DNA of 63,692 nucleotides, the filler included, from Candidatus Babelota bacterium (GTDB lineage Bacteria; JAGOBX01), in assembly GCA_017999075.1 (NCBI GenBank). It is 8 parts of 8 records of this genome, joined end to end, with 100 filler letters (N's around TTAATTAATTAA, not from the genome) between each part and the next. Parts side by side here need not be neighbours in the genome. Positions count along the whole stretch, not along the records: positions 24,151 to 32,003 come from JAGOBX010000150.1; positions 32,104 to 39,944 come from JAGOBX010000151.1; 6 more parts are not named here. One strand, given 5' to 3'. Positions 27,667 to 37,326 of this stretch are shown here, piece after piece; within the stretch, counting starts at the first letter, position 1, and every line of letters begins with the position of its first letter. The notes under the pieces were generated by a model. It saw nothing but the letters and a program-made list of their open reading frames with translations, was not told the DNA's origin and ran no database searches. The position numbers and the translations under genes were made by a program.

Positions 27667-28830
27667 ATGGCAAGGCATAAATACCCTGTATGGGTGGAAA
27701 TCAGCAAATCTGCTTTATTAAATAATATTATTCAAATTAAAAATAATGCGCGTAAATCTGTTCCTAACTTGAAAATTTGCGGTGTTGTAAAATCGAATGC
27801 TTACGGTCACGGTATGTCATTAGTTGCAGACATAATTTCAAATGAAGTTGATTGGTTCGCAGTAAATGCTTTGTGGGAAGCTATTCAGCTCGTAGAAAAA
27901 ACAGGAATTGAAAAACCTATTGTTGTTCTCGGATATACACCTGCTTCTGCATTGAACGATCTTGTAAATTATTCTAATATCAGAGTTATAGTTTATAATA
28001 TCCAGACATTGGAAACATTGAAAAGATTAGCTGTAAAATATAATAAAATATTTAAGGTTCATATTAAAGTTGAAACAGGCACCGGACGTCAGGGAATAAC
28101 AGAAAAGCAGCTTCCAAGGTTTATATTGTTTTTTAAGGAAAATCCTAACATAATATTAGAAGGAATATCAACTCATTATGCCAATATTGAAGACACCACT
28201 ACTCACGATTATTATCAGTATCAATTATCAAATTACCAAAAGTTTATAAAAATTTTAAAAGATAATGGTTTGCAGCCGCCTGTGAAACATACTGCGTGTA
28301 CTGCAGCTTGTTTTTTGTTTCCAAAAACTTATTTTACTTTAGCTCGGCCAGGAATTGGATTATACGGATTATGGCCGTCAAAAGAAACAAAATTGAGTTG
28401 TTTGCTTGAAGGGAGAGAAACTTTAAACCTTCAGCCGGCATTGACTTTTAAAACAAGAATAGCTCAGATAAAAACGTTTCCTGCAAACTGTTACATAGGA
28501 TACGGTTGTACTTACAGAACCACCCACTGGACAAGAGTTGCTATTATTCCTGTTGGATATTTTGACGGTTATGACAGGCAATTATCAAATCAGGCGTATG
28601 TAATAATAAAAAATAAACGGGCTCCTTTAATTGGAAGAGTTTGCATGAATATATGTATGGTGGATATAACACATATTAATAATGCCCGCCTTGACGATGA
28701 GGTTATTTTATTAGGCAGATCAAAAAACGAATCAATATCAGCTGATACTATAGCAGGAATGTGCGGAACAATAAATTATGAAATTGTAACAAGAATAAAT
28801 CCTGTGCTGCCGAGAATAGTTGTAGATTGA
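27667..28830 (+). CDS. alr: Alanine racemase
   Basis: VVKSNAYGHG, VHIKVETGTGRQG, RPGIGLYG, IGRVCMN, TINYE; ATG 27667 after GGAG. Confidence 0.95.
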   Translation: MARHKYPVWVEISKSALLNNIIQIKNNARKSVPNLKICGVVKSNAYGHGMSLVADIISNEVDWFAVNALWEAIQLVEKTGIEKPIVVLGYTPASALNDLVNYSNIRVIVYNIQTLETLKRLAVKYNKIFKVHIKVETGTGRQGITEKQLPRFILFFKENPNIILEGISTHYANIEDTTTHDYYQYQLSNYQKFIKILKDNGLQPPVKHTACTAACFLFPKTYFTLARPGIGLYGLWPSKETKLSCLLEGRETLNLQPALTFKTRIAQIKTFPANCYIGYGCTYRTTHWTRVAIIPVGYFDGYDRQLSNQAYVIIKNKRAPLIGRVCMNICMVDITHINNARLDDEVILLGRSKNESISADTIAGMCGTINYEIVTRINPVLPRIVVD

Positions 28831-28953
28831 AAAAGATGTGTAAAAAATAATGTATCAGAATATTTTATAAATTTTCATTAATATATTAATCGTGATAATT
28901 TATTGAAATAGTTTTATTAAAAAATAATTGAAAGGAAAGGTTCGGAAATTTAT

Positions 28954-30156
28954 ATGTTATCAAATAAAAATGTTTTGATAGGTATTTCAGGAGGAATCGC
29001 GGCATATAAAATTCCTCAATTAATTAGAATTTTAAAAAAAAATGATAATAACATAAAAACTGTAATGACAAAAAATTCATTTGAATTTGTTACAAAAGTC
29101 ACGATAGAAACTCTGTCTCAAAATTCTGTTTATTCTGATATGTTTGAATATTCGTTTGACATATCGCATATTTCTCTTTGTGATTGGGCTGATTTTATGA
29201 TAATAGCTCCTGCAACGGCAAATATTATAGGAAAATTGGCGAATGGAATAGCTGATGATTTGCTGACCACTGTTTTTAGTGCATTTGATAAAAATATTTT
29301 TATATGTCCTGCAATGAACGATAAAATGTTTTCAAATGCTATTGTTCAAACTAATTTGGAAAAATTGAATGGATTAAATAATATAAAAATTATTGAACCT
29401 GAATCAGGAATGCTGGCGTGCGGTTGCGAAGGAAAAGGCAGGATGGCTGAACCAGAGAATATTTATAAAACAGTTTCAGATTTTTATAAAAAAAAGTCTT
29501 CATTAAAAAATAAGACGGTTCTGATAACAGCTGGACCGACAAAAGAATATATTGATCCTGTGAGATTTATATCTAATGATTCATCAGGGTTTCAGGGATA
29601 TTTTATTGCTAATGAATGTGTCAATCGGGGTGCTTCAGTAATATTGATAACCGGACCGACAGGAAATGCAGGTATTTTAAACCGCGAAGTTAAAGTAATA
29701 ACTGTGATTTCTGCGGAAGAAATGTTTGAAAAAGTAAAAGAAAATTTTGATATAAGCGATATTTTTATTTCTGCAGCGGCAGTTTCTGATTATAAGACAG
29801 AAAAATATTCGGATTCAAAAATAAAAAAAAATAAAGGTGAAAAATTTTTAAAATTGGAATTGATTCAGAATCCGGATATTTTGAAATATTGCGGTGAAAA
29901 TAAAGGAAATAGAATAATCGTGGGATTTGCTGCTGAAACTGATGATTTAATGAAAAATGCATTGAAAAAATTTCAAGATAAAAAATGCGATATGCTTGTT
30001 GCAAATGAGGTTAAAAATTCTCTTGGCAAGCTTACGAACAGGATACAGATAATAAAAAATAACGGAGAAGTAATAAGCACCTGTGAACAATCAAAAAAAA
30101 ATACAGCTTCTGTTATAATTGATAATATTGAACTGTTGATAAATGAAAAAAAATAA
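28954..30156 (+). CDS. coaBC: Phosphopantothenoylcysteine decarboxylase / phosphopantothenate-cysteine ligase
   Basis: ISGGIAAYK, APATANI, PAMN, TAGPTKEYIDPVRFISNDSSG, GFAAET. Confidence 0.96.
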   Translation: MLSNKNVLIGISGGIAAYKIPQLIRILKKNDNNIKTVMTKNSFEFVTKVTIETLSQNSVYSDMFEYSFDISHISLCDWADFMIIAPATANIIGKLANGIADDLLTTVFSAFDKNIFICPAMNDKMFSNAIVQTNLEKLNGLNNIKIIEPESGMLACGCEGKGRMAEPENIYKTVSDFYKKKSSLKNKTVLITAGPTKEYIDPVRFISNDSSGFQGYFIANECVNRGASVILITGPTGNAGILNREVKVITVISAEEMFEKVKENFDISDIFISAAAVSDYKTEKYSDSKIKKNKGEKFLKLELIQNPDILKYCGENKGNRIIVGFAAETDDLMKNALKKFQDKKCDMLVANEVKNSLGKLTNRIQIIKNNGEVISTCEQSKKNTASVIIDNIELLINEKK

Positions 30157-30991
30157 ATACAGCGTTGTTATATGCTCATATAATAGCGGAAAGTACATAG
30201 TTAACGCCATAGAATCAGTAAAAAAAAATATTGATATATATGATGAATTAATTATAATCAACGATGGTTCAACTGACAATACTGAAACTTTATTATTAAA
30301 ATATAAAGACACCCCGCAAATTAAAATTATCGGATATAAAAAGAATAAAGGATTGGCTTCAGCAAGGAATACAGGTTGGAAAAATGCATCTAATGATATA
30401 ATATTTTTTATTGATGCGGATGCTGAATTGCCGGATTATATGCTGAATAAACTTGATAAAATATTTAGCGAGAATTATGATGCTGATGCTGTTACAGGCA
30501 GGGGAATAGAATCCGATTTGTGTTCTGTTTATGATTTGTGGAGGAAAGAATTTTTTTCACAGACCCAGGGAAATAAAGTTGTAATAAATCCTGAATATTT
30601 TTCGGGATTATGCATGGCATTAAAAAAAAAATGTCTTGAAAAATTAAATGGGTTTTCAGAAATGTTTACCAGCCATGCTGAAGATGTTGAATTTGCATTG
30701 CGTTTTAAAAAAATGAAATTATTTTCTTTATATGATCCTGATTTGTTTGTATATCACAAAAGAACTGATGATTTTGAATCTTTGAAAAAAATGGTGTTCA
30801 ATCATGTTTACTGGTCAATAGAAGCCGGAAAACTCCATAATCAGAACAAAATTTTAAAATATTTTGCGGCAACTTTAAAATTATTTGTAAAGTATTTTAT
30901 AAAAAGTATAAAATTGAAGAATAAAGATTTGTTTTTTATAAGTTTGTCTATGATAAAAATGCGGATGAAAGCAGTTTTAAAAGCTGTATAA
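30143..30991 (+). CDS. Glycosyltransferase family 2
   Basis: SVVICSYN, INDGSTD, ARNTG, FIDAD, EDVE. Confidence 0.9.
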   Translation: MKKNKYSVVICSYNSGKYIVNAIESVKKNIDIYDELIIINDGSTDNTETLLLKYKDTPQIKIIGYKKNKGLASARNTGWKNASNDIIFFIDADAELPDYMLNKLDKIFSENYDADAVTGRGIESDLCSVYDLWRKEFFSQTQGNKVVINPEYFSGLCMALKKKCLEKLNGFSEMFTSHAEDVEFALRFKKMKLFSLYDPDLFVYHKRTDDFESLKKMVFNHVYWSIEAGKLHNQNKILKYFAATLKLFVKYFIKSIKLKNKDLFFISLSMIKMRMKAVLKAV

Positions 30992-31137
30992 TATGATTTG
31001 CAATGATTAGTTAACCAAACGTTTAATTGATAATTAATAAAAATATGTGGAATAAATTTATTTTGTAAACTAATTATTTCAAAGTACAATAATAAATATA
31101 GAGAATAAGAAAAATTACAGAATAAGGAAATTAAAAA

Positions 31138-32003
31138 ATGTATAAAACTATTTTTGGTCCTGTTAATTCGAGGCGATTGGGTTTTTCATTAGGAATTGAT
31201 CTGGTAACTCATAAGACATGTTCTTTTGATTGCGTATATTGCGAATGCGGGAAAACAACCGATTTGACGGTTGAAAGAAAAAATTGGGTTTCAAGTGAAA
31301 CTGTCAAATCGGAATTAAATGATTTTTTTTTAAAAAATCAGAATATCAAGCTGAATCATTTGACTTTTTCAGGATCAGGAGAACCTACGCTCGCGTTGAA
31401 TCTGGGAGAAATAATTATATATTTGAAAGAAAAATTTAAATATCCTGTGTGTGTATTAACTAATTCATCTTTAATAAATAATGATGACGTAATAAAAGAT
31501 TTACTTCCTGCTGATATAGTTATGCCGTCTCTTGATGCTGTAACAGAAAAAATATATAATGCGATAGACAGACCTCACAAATCAATCAGAATCAAGAATA
31601 TTATAAACGGATTGATTAAGTTCAGAAAACAATATAAAGGACAATTATTTCTTGAAATTTTGTTTGTAAAAGGAATAAATGACGGAGAAGAAGAATTGGT
31701 TAAATTATCTGAAACTGCTGATATTATTAAACCAGATAAAATTTTTATAAATACCTGTATTAGACCGGGGACATCTAAAAATATTAAATATTTAACCAAT
31801 GAGGAACTGAATAAAATAGCAGGCTACTTTCATTTAAAAACAGAAATCGCTTATCAGTCTGCAAATAATAATTTGAAAACATATATTGATGACACAGACT
31901 GTAAACTTGAAAATGTAGTTGCTGAAATAATTAAAAGACGGCCTTCTACTCTGGAAGATTTGAAATCAGCCACAGGTTTTCAGAATTCACCAATAGAAAC
32001 TTT
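31138..32003 (+). CDS. Radical SAM protein (TYW1-like Fe-S oxidoreductase family); 3'-partial
   Basis: FGPVNSRRLGFSLGID, CSFDCVYC, SGSGEPTL, SLDA. Confidence 0.88.
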
Positions 32004-32103
32004 NNNNNNNNNNNNNNNNNNNNNNNNNNNNNNNNNNNNNNNNNNNNTTAATTAATTAANNNNNNNNNNNNNNNNNNNNNNNNNNNNNNNNNNNNNNNNN
32101 NNN
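32004..32103. other. Artificial contig spacer
   Basis: N-run with TTAATTAATTAA. Confidence 0.99.
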
Positions 32104-32104
32104 A

Positions 32105-32464
32105 ATTAATCGTAAAACAGGAGAACAATCTTCTGCTCTTGAAATAATGTCAGGCGGGCTGCGTGAATGGTTGTATGAACCTATTATTGAACGTTTGATA
32201 GATAATAAAATAATTCAGGAACGGCCTGTAATAAAAAATGGGAATATTGAAAATATTGAACAAATCGGCGGATACGGGCCATTTTTATTATCAGCTTATT
32301 TAAAAGATAAAAATGGTGAAAGTTATTTTCCTGAAACTTTTGGAGGAGGTATTGGAATTGAACGGACTATTTACGCGCTTCTTCGCGGGGAATGCGTCGA
32401 GAAAGTTGATGATATTACATTTTTTGGAAAAAATCCTGATTCGCATCAGATATACTTATTTTAA
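32105..32464 (+). CDS. C-terminus of a class IIb aminoacyl-tRNA synthetase-like protein; 5'-partial
   Basis: LEIMSGGLRE and motif-3-like FGGGIGIERTIYALL...VDDITFF. Confidence 0.7.
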   Translation: MNRKTGEQSSALEIMSGGLREWLYEPIIERLIDNKIIQERPVIKNGNIENIEQIGGYGPFLLSAYLKDKNGESYFPETFGGGIGIERTIYALLRGECVEKVDDITFFGKNPDSHQIYLF

Positions 32465-32466
32465 TT

Positions 32467-32508
32467 TCTCATTTTCACAATTGCCAAATTGTGAAAATGA
32501 GATTTTTT
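32467..32508 (+). terminator. Intrinsic terminator hairpin
   Basis: TCTCATTTTCACAATT-GCCA-AATTGTGAAAATGAGA followed by T6. Confidence 0.7.
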
Positions 32509-32565
32509 CTTGTAGATAGATAATATACTAAAAATCAAAATTTATATTCGAGGTGAACTTTTTTA

Positions 32566-33945
32566 ATGGAACGTATTAAAATAAAAGAATTATTAAATAT
32601 TCCGCCTGACAACAGGAAAGTTTTAATAGAAGGATGGATAAGAACAAGGCGCGATTCAAAAGGCGGTTTTTCATTCATTGAGATAAACGATGGATCAACA
32701 ATCAAAAATTTTCAGGTTATAGCTGAGTCATCTCTTGATAACTATCAATCCGATATATTGAAATTAACAACAGGTTCTTCAGTTCGAATTGAAGGAATTT
32801 TAGTTAAATCAGAAGGCAGCGGCCAAATGTCTGAACTGAAAGCTGAAAAAGTTATGGTTTATGGTTTTGCAGATGAAAGTTTTCCCTTGCAGAAAAAAGG
32901 GCATTCGTTTGAGTTTTTGCGTGAAATAGCACATCTTAGACCAAGATCAAATACATTTGGTGCAATTGGAAGAATACGTCATGGTATTTCTTATGCAGTT
33001 CATAAATTTTTTAATGATAAAGGTTTTTTTTATGTACATACGCCTATTATAACGAGCAGTGATTGCGAAGGTGCAGGAGAAATGTTTAAAGTTACCACTT
33101 TGGATCTGAAAAATATGAAAGGTTCTCCTGATTTTACTCAAGATTTTTTTGGCAAAGCAGCATATTTGACTGTAAGCGGTCAACTCGAAGGAGAACTTTA
33201 TGCATGCAGTCTTGGAGATATTTATACTTTTGGACCTACTTTCAGAGCGGAAAATTCAAATACTCCACGTCATCTTGCTGAGTTCTGGATGATTGAACCT
33301 GAGATGGCATTTTGCGATTTGAGCGGGGATATAAAAACTGCAGTTGAATTTATTAAATATTTAATTCAATATGCTCTTGACAATCATCAGGATGATATTC
33401 AGTTTTTTAATAAATTAATTGATAAAACCATAATTGGCAGACTTGAACAAATTTTAAAATCAGAATTTAAGGTAATTACATATACTGAAGCTGTTTCACT
33501 TCTTGAAAAATCCGGAGAAACATGGGAATTTCCTGTAAGCTGGGGAAATAATCTTCAAGCTGAACATGAAAAATATTTGACTCAACAAGTTTTTGACGCT
33601 CCAATTGTTGTAATAGATTATCCTAAAATTATTAAACCATTTTATATGTATGTTAATGATGATGAGAAAACAGTCAGAGGTATGGATATATTGGTTCCAA
33701 AAATTGGAGAGATTATCGGTGGTAGCCAGCGTGAACATCGGATTGACAGACTTTTTTCAAGGATGGATGAATGCGGATTAAATAAAGAAGATTATTGGTG
33801 GTATATTGAAACAAGAAAATTCGGGACAGTGCCTCATTCAGGGTTTGGACTGGGATTTGAAAGGTTTATTCAATTTTTAACCGGAATGGCTAATATACGC
33901 GATGTAATACCTTTTCCGCGTACTCCTGGAAACGCGAAATTTTGA
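32566..33945 (+). CDS. asnS: Asparaginyl-tRNA synthetase
   Basis: [58 protein letters not shown]. Confidence 0.97.
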   Translation: MERIKIKELLNIPPDNRKVLIEGWIRTRRDSKGGFSFIEINDGSTIKNFQVIAESSLDNYQSDILKLTTGSSVRIEGILVKSEGSGQMSELKAEKVMVYGFADESFPLQKKGHSFEFLREIAHLRPRSNTFGAIGRIRHGISYAVHKFFNDKGFFYVHTPIITSSDCEGAGEMFKVTTLDLKNMKGSPDFTQDFFGKAAYLTVSGQLEGELYACSLGDIYTFGPTFRAENSNTPRHLAEFWMIEPEMAFCDLSGDIKTAVEFIKYLIQYALDNHQDDIQFFNKLIDKTIIGRLEQILKSEFKVITYTEAVSLLEKSGETWEFPVSWGNNLQAEHEKYLTQQVFDAPIVVIDYPKIIKPFYMYVNDDEKTVRGMDILVPKIGEIIGGSQREHRIDRLFSRMDECGLNKEDYWWYIETRKFGTVPHSGFGLGFERFIQFLTGMANIRDVIPFPRTPGNAKF

Positions 33946-34090
33946 AATTATAAAAGTTACTGCAGGAAATAGATTTTTTGAATTAAATTTTTTTCTTGAT
34001 TTTATTTTTATAATATATTATCGTTTATTTTTTTAAAATCTATTTTATTGAAAAATATTTTTATATAGTAATTTGGAGGTTTAATTTATT

Positions 34091-35056
34091 ATGTTGTATT
34101 TAAATGAAAAAGATTTGTTGAAAATTGGGATGAATTGGAATGAAACGATTGATAATATCGAAAAAGCTGTGAAATGTCTTGATAAAAAAGATTTTGTTCA
34201 GCCAATAAAACCGTATTTAAGGTATAGAGATTTAACCAACAGAATTATAGCTTTGATTGCTTTTGTTGGAGGCGATATAAATTTAGCCGGGTTGAAATGG
34301 ATTGCAAGTTTTCCTGATAACATTAATCACGGTTTGCCGAGAGCTCATAGCGTAGTTGTTTTAAACCATGCTGATACAGGTGCTCCTGTAAGTATTATAA
34401 ATACTGCTTTATTAAGTATTATACGCACTGCATCAGTATCAGGATTAATGATACGTTATTTTTTAAAAACAAGACCTATGGATAAAATAAATCTTGCGAT
34501 AATGGGTTGGGGATCTATAGGAAAACATCATTACGAGATGTGCTGTGATATTTTGAAAGACAAGATAAATAAAATATATGTTTATGATATAAGAAATATT
34601 GATCCCGCTACAATAACCGGTAAGTATAAAGATAAAACTGTTGTTGTAAAAAGCTGGCAGGAAGCTTATAGAGATTCAGATATTTTTATTACATGTACAG
34701 TTTCAAAAGCTCCGTATGTGGATGAAAAACCGAAAAAGGGATCTCTTCAGTTAAACTGTTCTTTAAGAGATTATAAAACCAGTATTCTTGATCACACTAA
34801 AGCTATAATAGTTGATGATTGGGAAGAAGTATGCCGTGAAAAAACAGACATTGAAATGATGCATAAAGACCGTGGATTACAAAAAGAAGATACAAAATCG
34901 ATTACAGATGTTGTATGTCATAATTGCCTTTCTGCATATCCTAAAGATGAGCCTATAATGTTCAATCCTATGGGGATGGCTGTTTTTGATATAGCTACAG
35001 GAAGATATTATCTTGATAAAGCTAAAGCTATGAAAATAGGTTTGGAACTTGAATAA
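34091..35056 (+). CDS. sbnB: SbnB-like 2,3-diaminopropionate biosynthesis protein (ornithine cyclodeaminase/mu-crystallin family)
   Basis: QPIKPYLRY, GLKWIASFPDNI..GLPRAHSVVVLN, IRTASVS, SLRD, VDDW, FNPMGMAVFD. Confidence 0.8.
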   Translation: MLYLNEKDLLKIGMNWNETIDNIEKAVKCLDKKDFVQPIKPYLRYRDLTNRIIALIAFVGGDINLAGLKWIASFPDNINHGLPRAHSVVVLNHADTGAPVSIINTALLSIIRTASVSGLMIRYFLKTRPMDKINLAIMGWGSIGKHHYEMCCDILKDKINKIYVYDIRNIDPATITGKYKDKTVVVKSWQEAYRDSDIFITCTVSKAPYVDEKPKKGSLQLNCSLRDYKTSILDHTKAIIVDDWEEVCREKTDIEMMHKDRGLQKEDTKSITDVVCHNCLSAYPKDEPIMFNPMGMAVFDIATGRYYLDKAKAMKIGLELE

Positions 35057-35083
35057 ATAAAATATTTGAAACGGGGTCAATTT

Positions 35084-36058
35084 ATGAAAAACAATAAAAT
35101 TTATGACAGCGTGCTTGAATTAGTTGGAAATACTCCGATGATAAGATTAAATAAGATCTGCGCCGGATTATCTTCTGAAATTTTAGCAAAACTCGAATAT
35201 CTTAATCCATCAGGAAGTTTGAAAGACAGAATTGCAATTGAAATGATTGATGGGGCAGAGAAAGAGGGAAAAATTAAACCTGGATATACACTGATTGAGT
35301 CAAGTACTGGAAATACAGGATTTGCATTATCTACAATCGGAAGGTTGAAAGGATATAATGTGACTATTTATGAAACAATGCCTGGAAAAGCAGGTTCTGA
35401 AAAAAAGAAAATGATGGAAAATGTCGGAGCAGAAGTTAGACTGATGGAGCCGAAAGACATTGAAGGAATTAAAGAACGCAGTATAGCCGGTTCTGAAGTT
35501 GAACTTCCTGGCAGACAATTATGTCTTGATGATGAAAAAGCTCATCCTGATAAAATTTGGTGGGCACGTCAGTTCAGTAATGAATATAATGTTAAAGCTC
35601 ATTATATTACTGCAAAAGAAATTCTCGAGCAAACTGATGGCAAAATTGATATTTTTGTTCAGTCAATAGGAACTGGAGGAAGTCTGGTTGGTATAGCGCA
35701 AGTTTTGAAAAAAGAAATTCCTAACTTGAAAGTTATAGGTATTCAGCCTGCAAGTTCAAAAGAACTTTGGCATCCTGGAATGGATTTTCCAAACACTGAA
35801 ATTAAAGGCGGAATTGTAGCTAAAATGCTTAAAATGGAAGGGATTGTTGATACGCTTGTCCGGACTACTGATTCAGAAGCAAGAAATATGACTCATAGAT
35901 TATGGAAAGAAGAAGGCTTGTATTGCGGCGTTTCTTCCGGAGCAAATGTTCATTATGCGCTTGAAGAAATAAAAAAATCTAATGGCAAAAAAACTGTTGT
36001 AACGTTGTTGAATGATCATATGAACAGGTATCTGACTGAAGAGAGGTATGTAACCTAA
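35084..36058 (+). CDS. PLP-dependent cysteine-synthase-family protein (CysK/SbnA-like)
   Basis: VGNTPMI, KLEYLNPSGSLKDR, ESSTGNTG, GTGGS, GVSSGAN. Confidence 0.85.
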   Translation: MKNNKIYDSVLELVGNTPMIRLNKICAGLSSEILAKLEYLNPSGSLKDRIAIEMIDGAEKEGKIKPGYTLIESSTGNTGFALSTIGRLKGYNVTIYETMPGKAGSEKKKMMENVGAEVRLMEPKDIEGIKERSIAGSEVELPGRQLCLDDEKAHPDKIWWARQFSNEYNVKAHYITAKEILEQTDGKIDIFVQSIGTGGSLVGIAQVLKKEIPNLKVIGIQPASSKELWHPGMDFPNTEIKGGIVAKMLKMEGIVDTLVRTTDSEARNMTHRLWKEEGLYCGVSSGANVHYALEEIKKSNGKKTVVTLLNDHMNRYLTEERYVT

Positions 36059-36107
36059 AATTTTAAAACGGATAATGATTATCAATAAAATTAAGCGGAA
36101 TTATTTT

Positions 36108-36147
36108 AAAAATCGCAAATCAGGAATTCCTGGTTTGCGATTTTTTT
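36108..36147 (+). terminator. Intrinsic terminator
   Basis: AAAAATCGCAAATCAGGA / TCCTGGTTTGCGATTTTT stem with T-run. Confidence 0.7.
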
Positions 36148-36160
36148 AAATTGAAATAAT

Positions 36161-37282
36161 ATGATTGAATGGAATATTGTAAGAAATTATTTTCCGGCAC
36201 TTAAAAATTTCGTTTATTTAAGTTCAGCCGGCGGTGCTCCGATATCATACCAGACTCATAAAGAAGCAATTTCATTTTATGATGAAATGCTTAACTTTGG
36301 AGACAGTTATTGGAACAAATGGCTTGAAAAAGTAGAATCTGTCCGCAAAAAAACTGCAATATTTTTAAATGCTGATCTCAATGAAATAGCTTTTATACAG
36401 AATACTTCGCATGGAATGAATATTATTGCACAAATGTTTAAAGGATATGGGGATATCATTGTTATGGATGATGATTTCCCTACTGCATCGATTCCTTTTT
36501 TTAAACAGGATTTTAATATTGAATATGTAAAATCAGAACCGGACTGTAAAATTCCAATAGAAAATATTGAAACTAAAATTTCTGATAAAACTAAAATTAT
36601 AATTGCAAGTTCGGTTCAATATTCAACAGGATTCAAACAAGACCTGAAAAAACTTAATGAATTATGTAAAAAAAAAAATATTATACTTGTTGTTGACGCA
36701 TCTCAAAGCATTTGCGCTTTTCCAATTGATGTAAAAAACGACGGTATGGATTTTCTTGTTTTTTCAGGAAACAAATGGGGAATTTCGGGGTATGGGATAG
36801 GTGTAATTTATATAAATAAAAAATATATTGATAATTCAAAATTTCCGGTTGCAAGCTGGATGAGTGTAAAGCATCCTCCTTCTATGGACAATAAAAGCCG
36901 TGATTATAAGGATTCTGCTGCAATGATTGAAATCGGGGGACCAAGTTTTCCTAATATTTTTGCTTTTGGCGGAACTTTGGATTTAATTAATTCTATAGGA
37001 ATAGATAATATTGAAAATCGTATAATTGAATTGACTGATTATCTTCACGGGAAATTGACTGAAAACGGATTTAAAATTGTTTCGTCTAAAGAATTGGAAT
37101 ACCGTTCCGGAATAACTATAATTGATTTTGAAAACAAAAAAGAAATAGCTGAGAAACTTGCAAAAAAAAATATTCTTGTTTCTGTGAGGAACCGCGGAAT
37201 CCGAGCATCGCTCCATTTCTATAATAATTTTGGAGATATAGATGTCTTTATAACAGAATTGAAAAATATTGTTAAAAAATGA
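36161..37282 (+). CDS. Class V PLP-dependent aminotransferase (cysteine desulfurase-like fold)
   Basis: NTSHG, VDASQS, SGNKW (PLP lysine), IRASLHFYNN. Confidence 0.88.
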   Translation: MIEWNIVRNYFPALKNFVYLSSAGGAPISYQTHKEAISFYDEMLNFGDSYWNKWLEKVESVRKKTAIFLNADLNEIAFIQNTSHGMNIIAQMFKGYGDIIVMDDDFPTASIPFFKQDFNIEYVKSEPDCKIPIENIETKISDKTKIIIASSVQYSTGFKQDLKKLNELCKKKNIILVVDASQSICAFPIDVKNDGMDFLVFSGNKWGISGYGIGVIYINKKYIDNSKFPVASWMSVKHPPSMDNKSRDYKDSAAMIEIGGPSFPNIFAFGGTLDLINSIGIDNIENRIIELTDYLHGKLTENGFKIVSSKELEYRSGITIIDFENKKEIAEKLAKKNILVSVRNRGIRASLHFYNNFGDIDVFITELKNIVKK

Positions 37283-37326
37283 TTAAACTTCCGGCAAATA
37301 TTTGCCGGAAGTTTAATCATTTTTTA
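37273..37326. terminator. Bidirectional terminator, perfect 54-bp palindrome
   Basis: TAAAAAATGATTAAACTTCCGGCAAAT|ATTTGCCGGAAGTTTAATCATTTTTTA between convergent genes. Confidence 0.8.
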
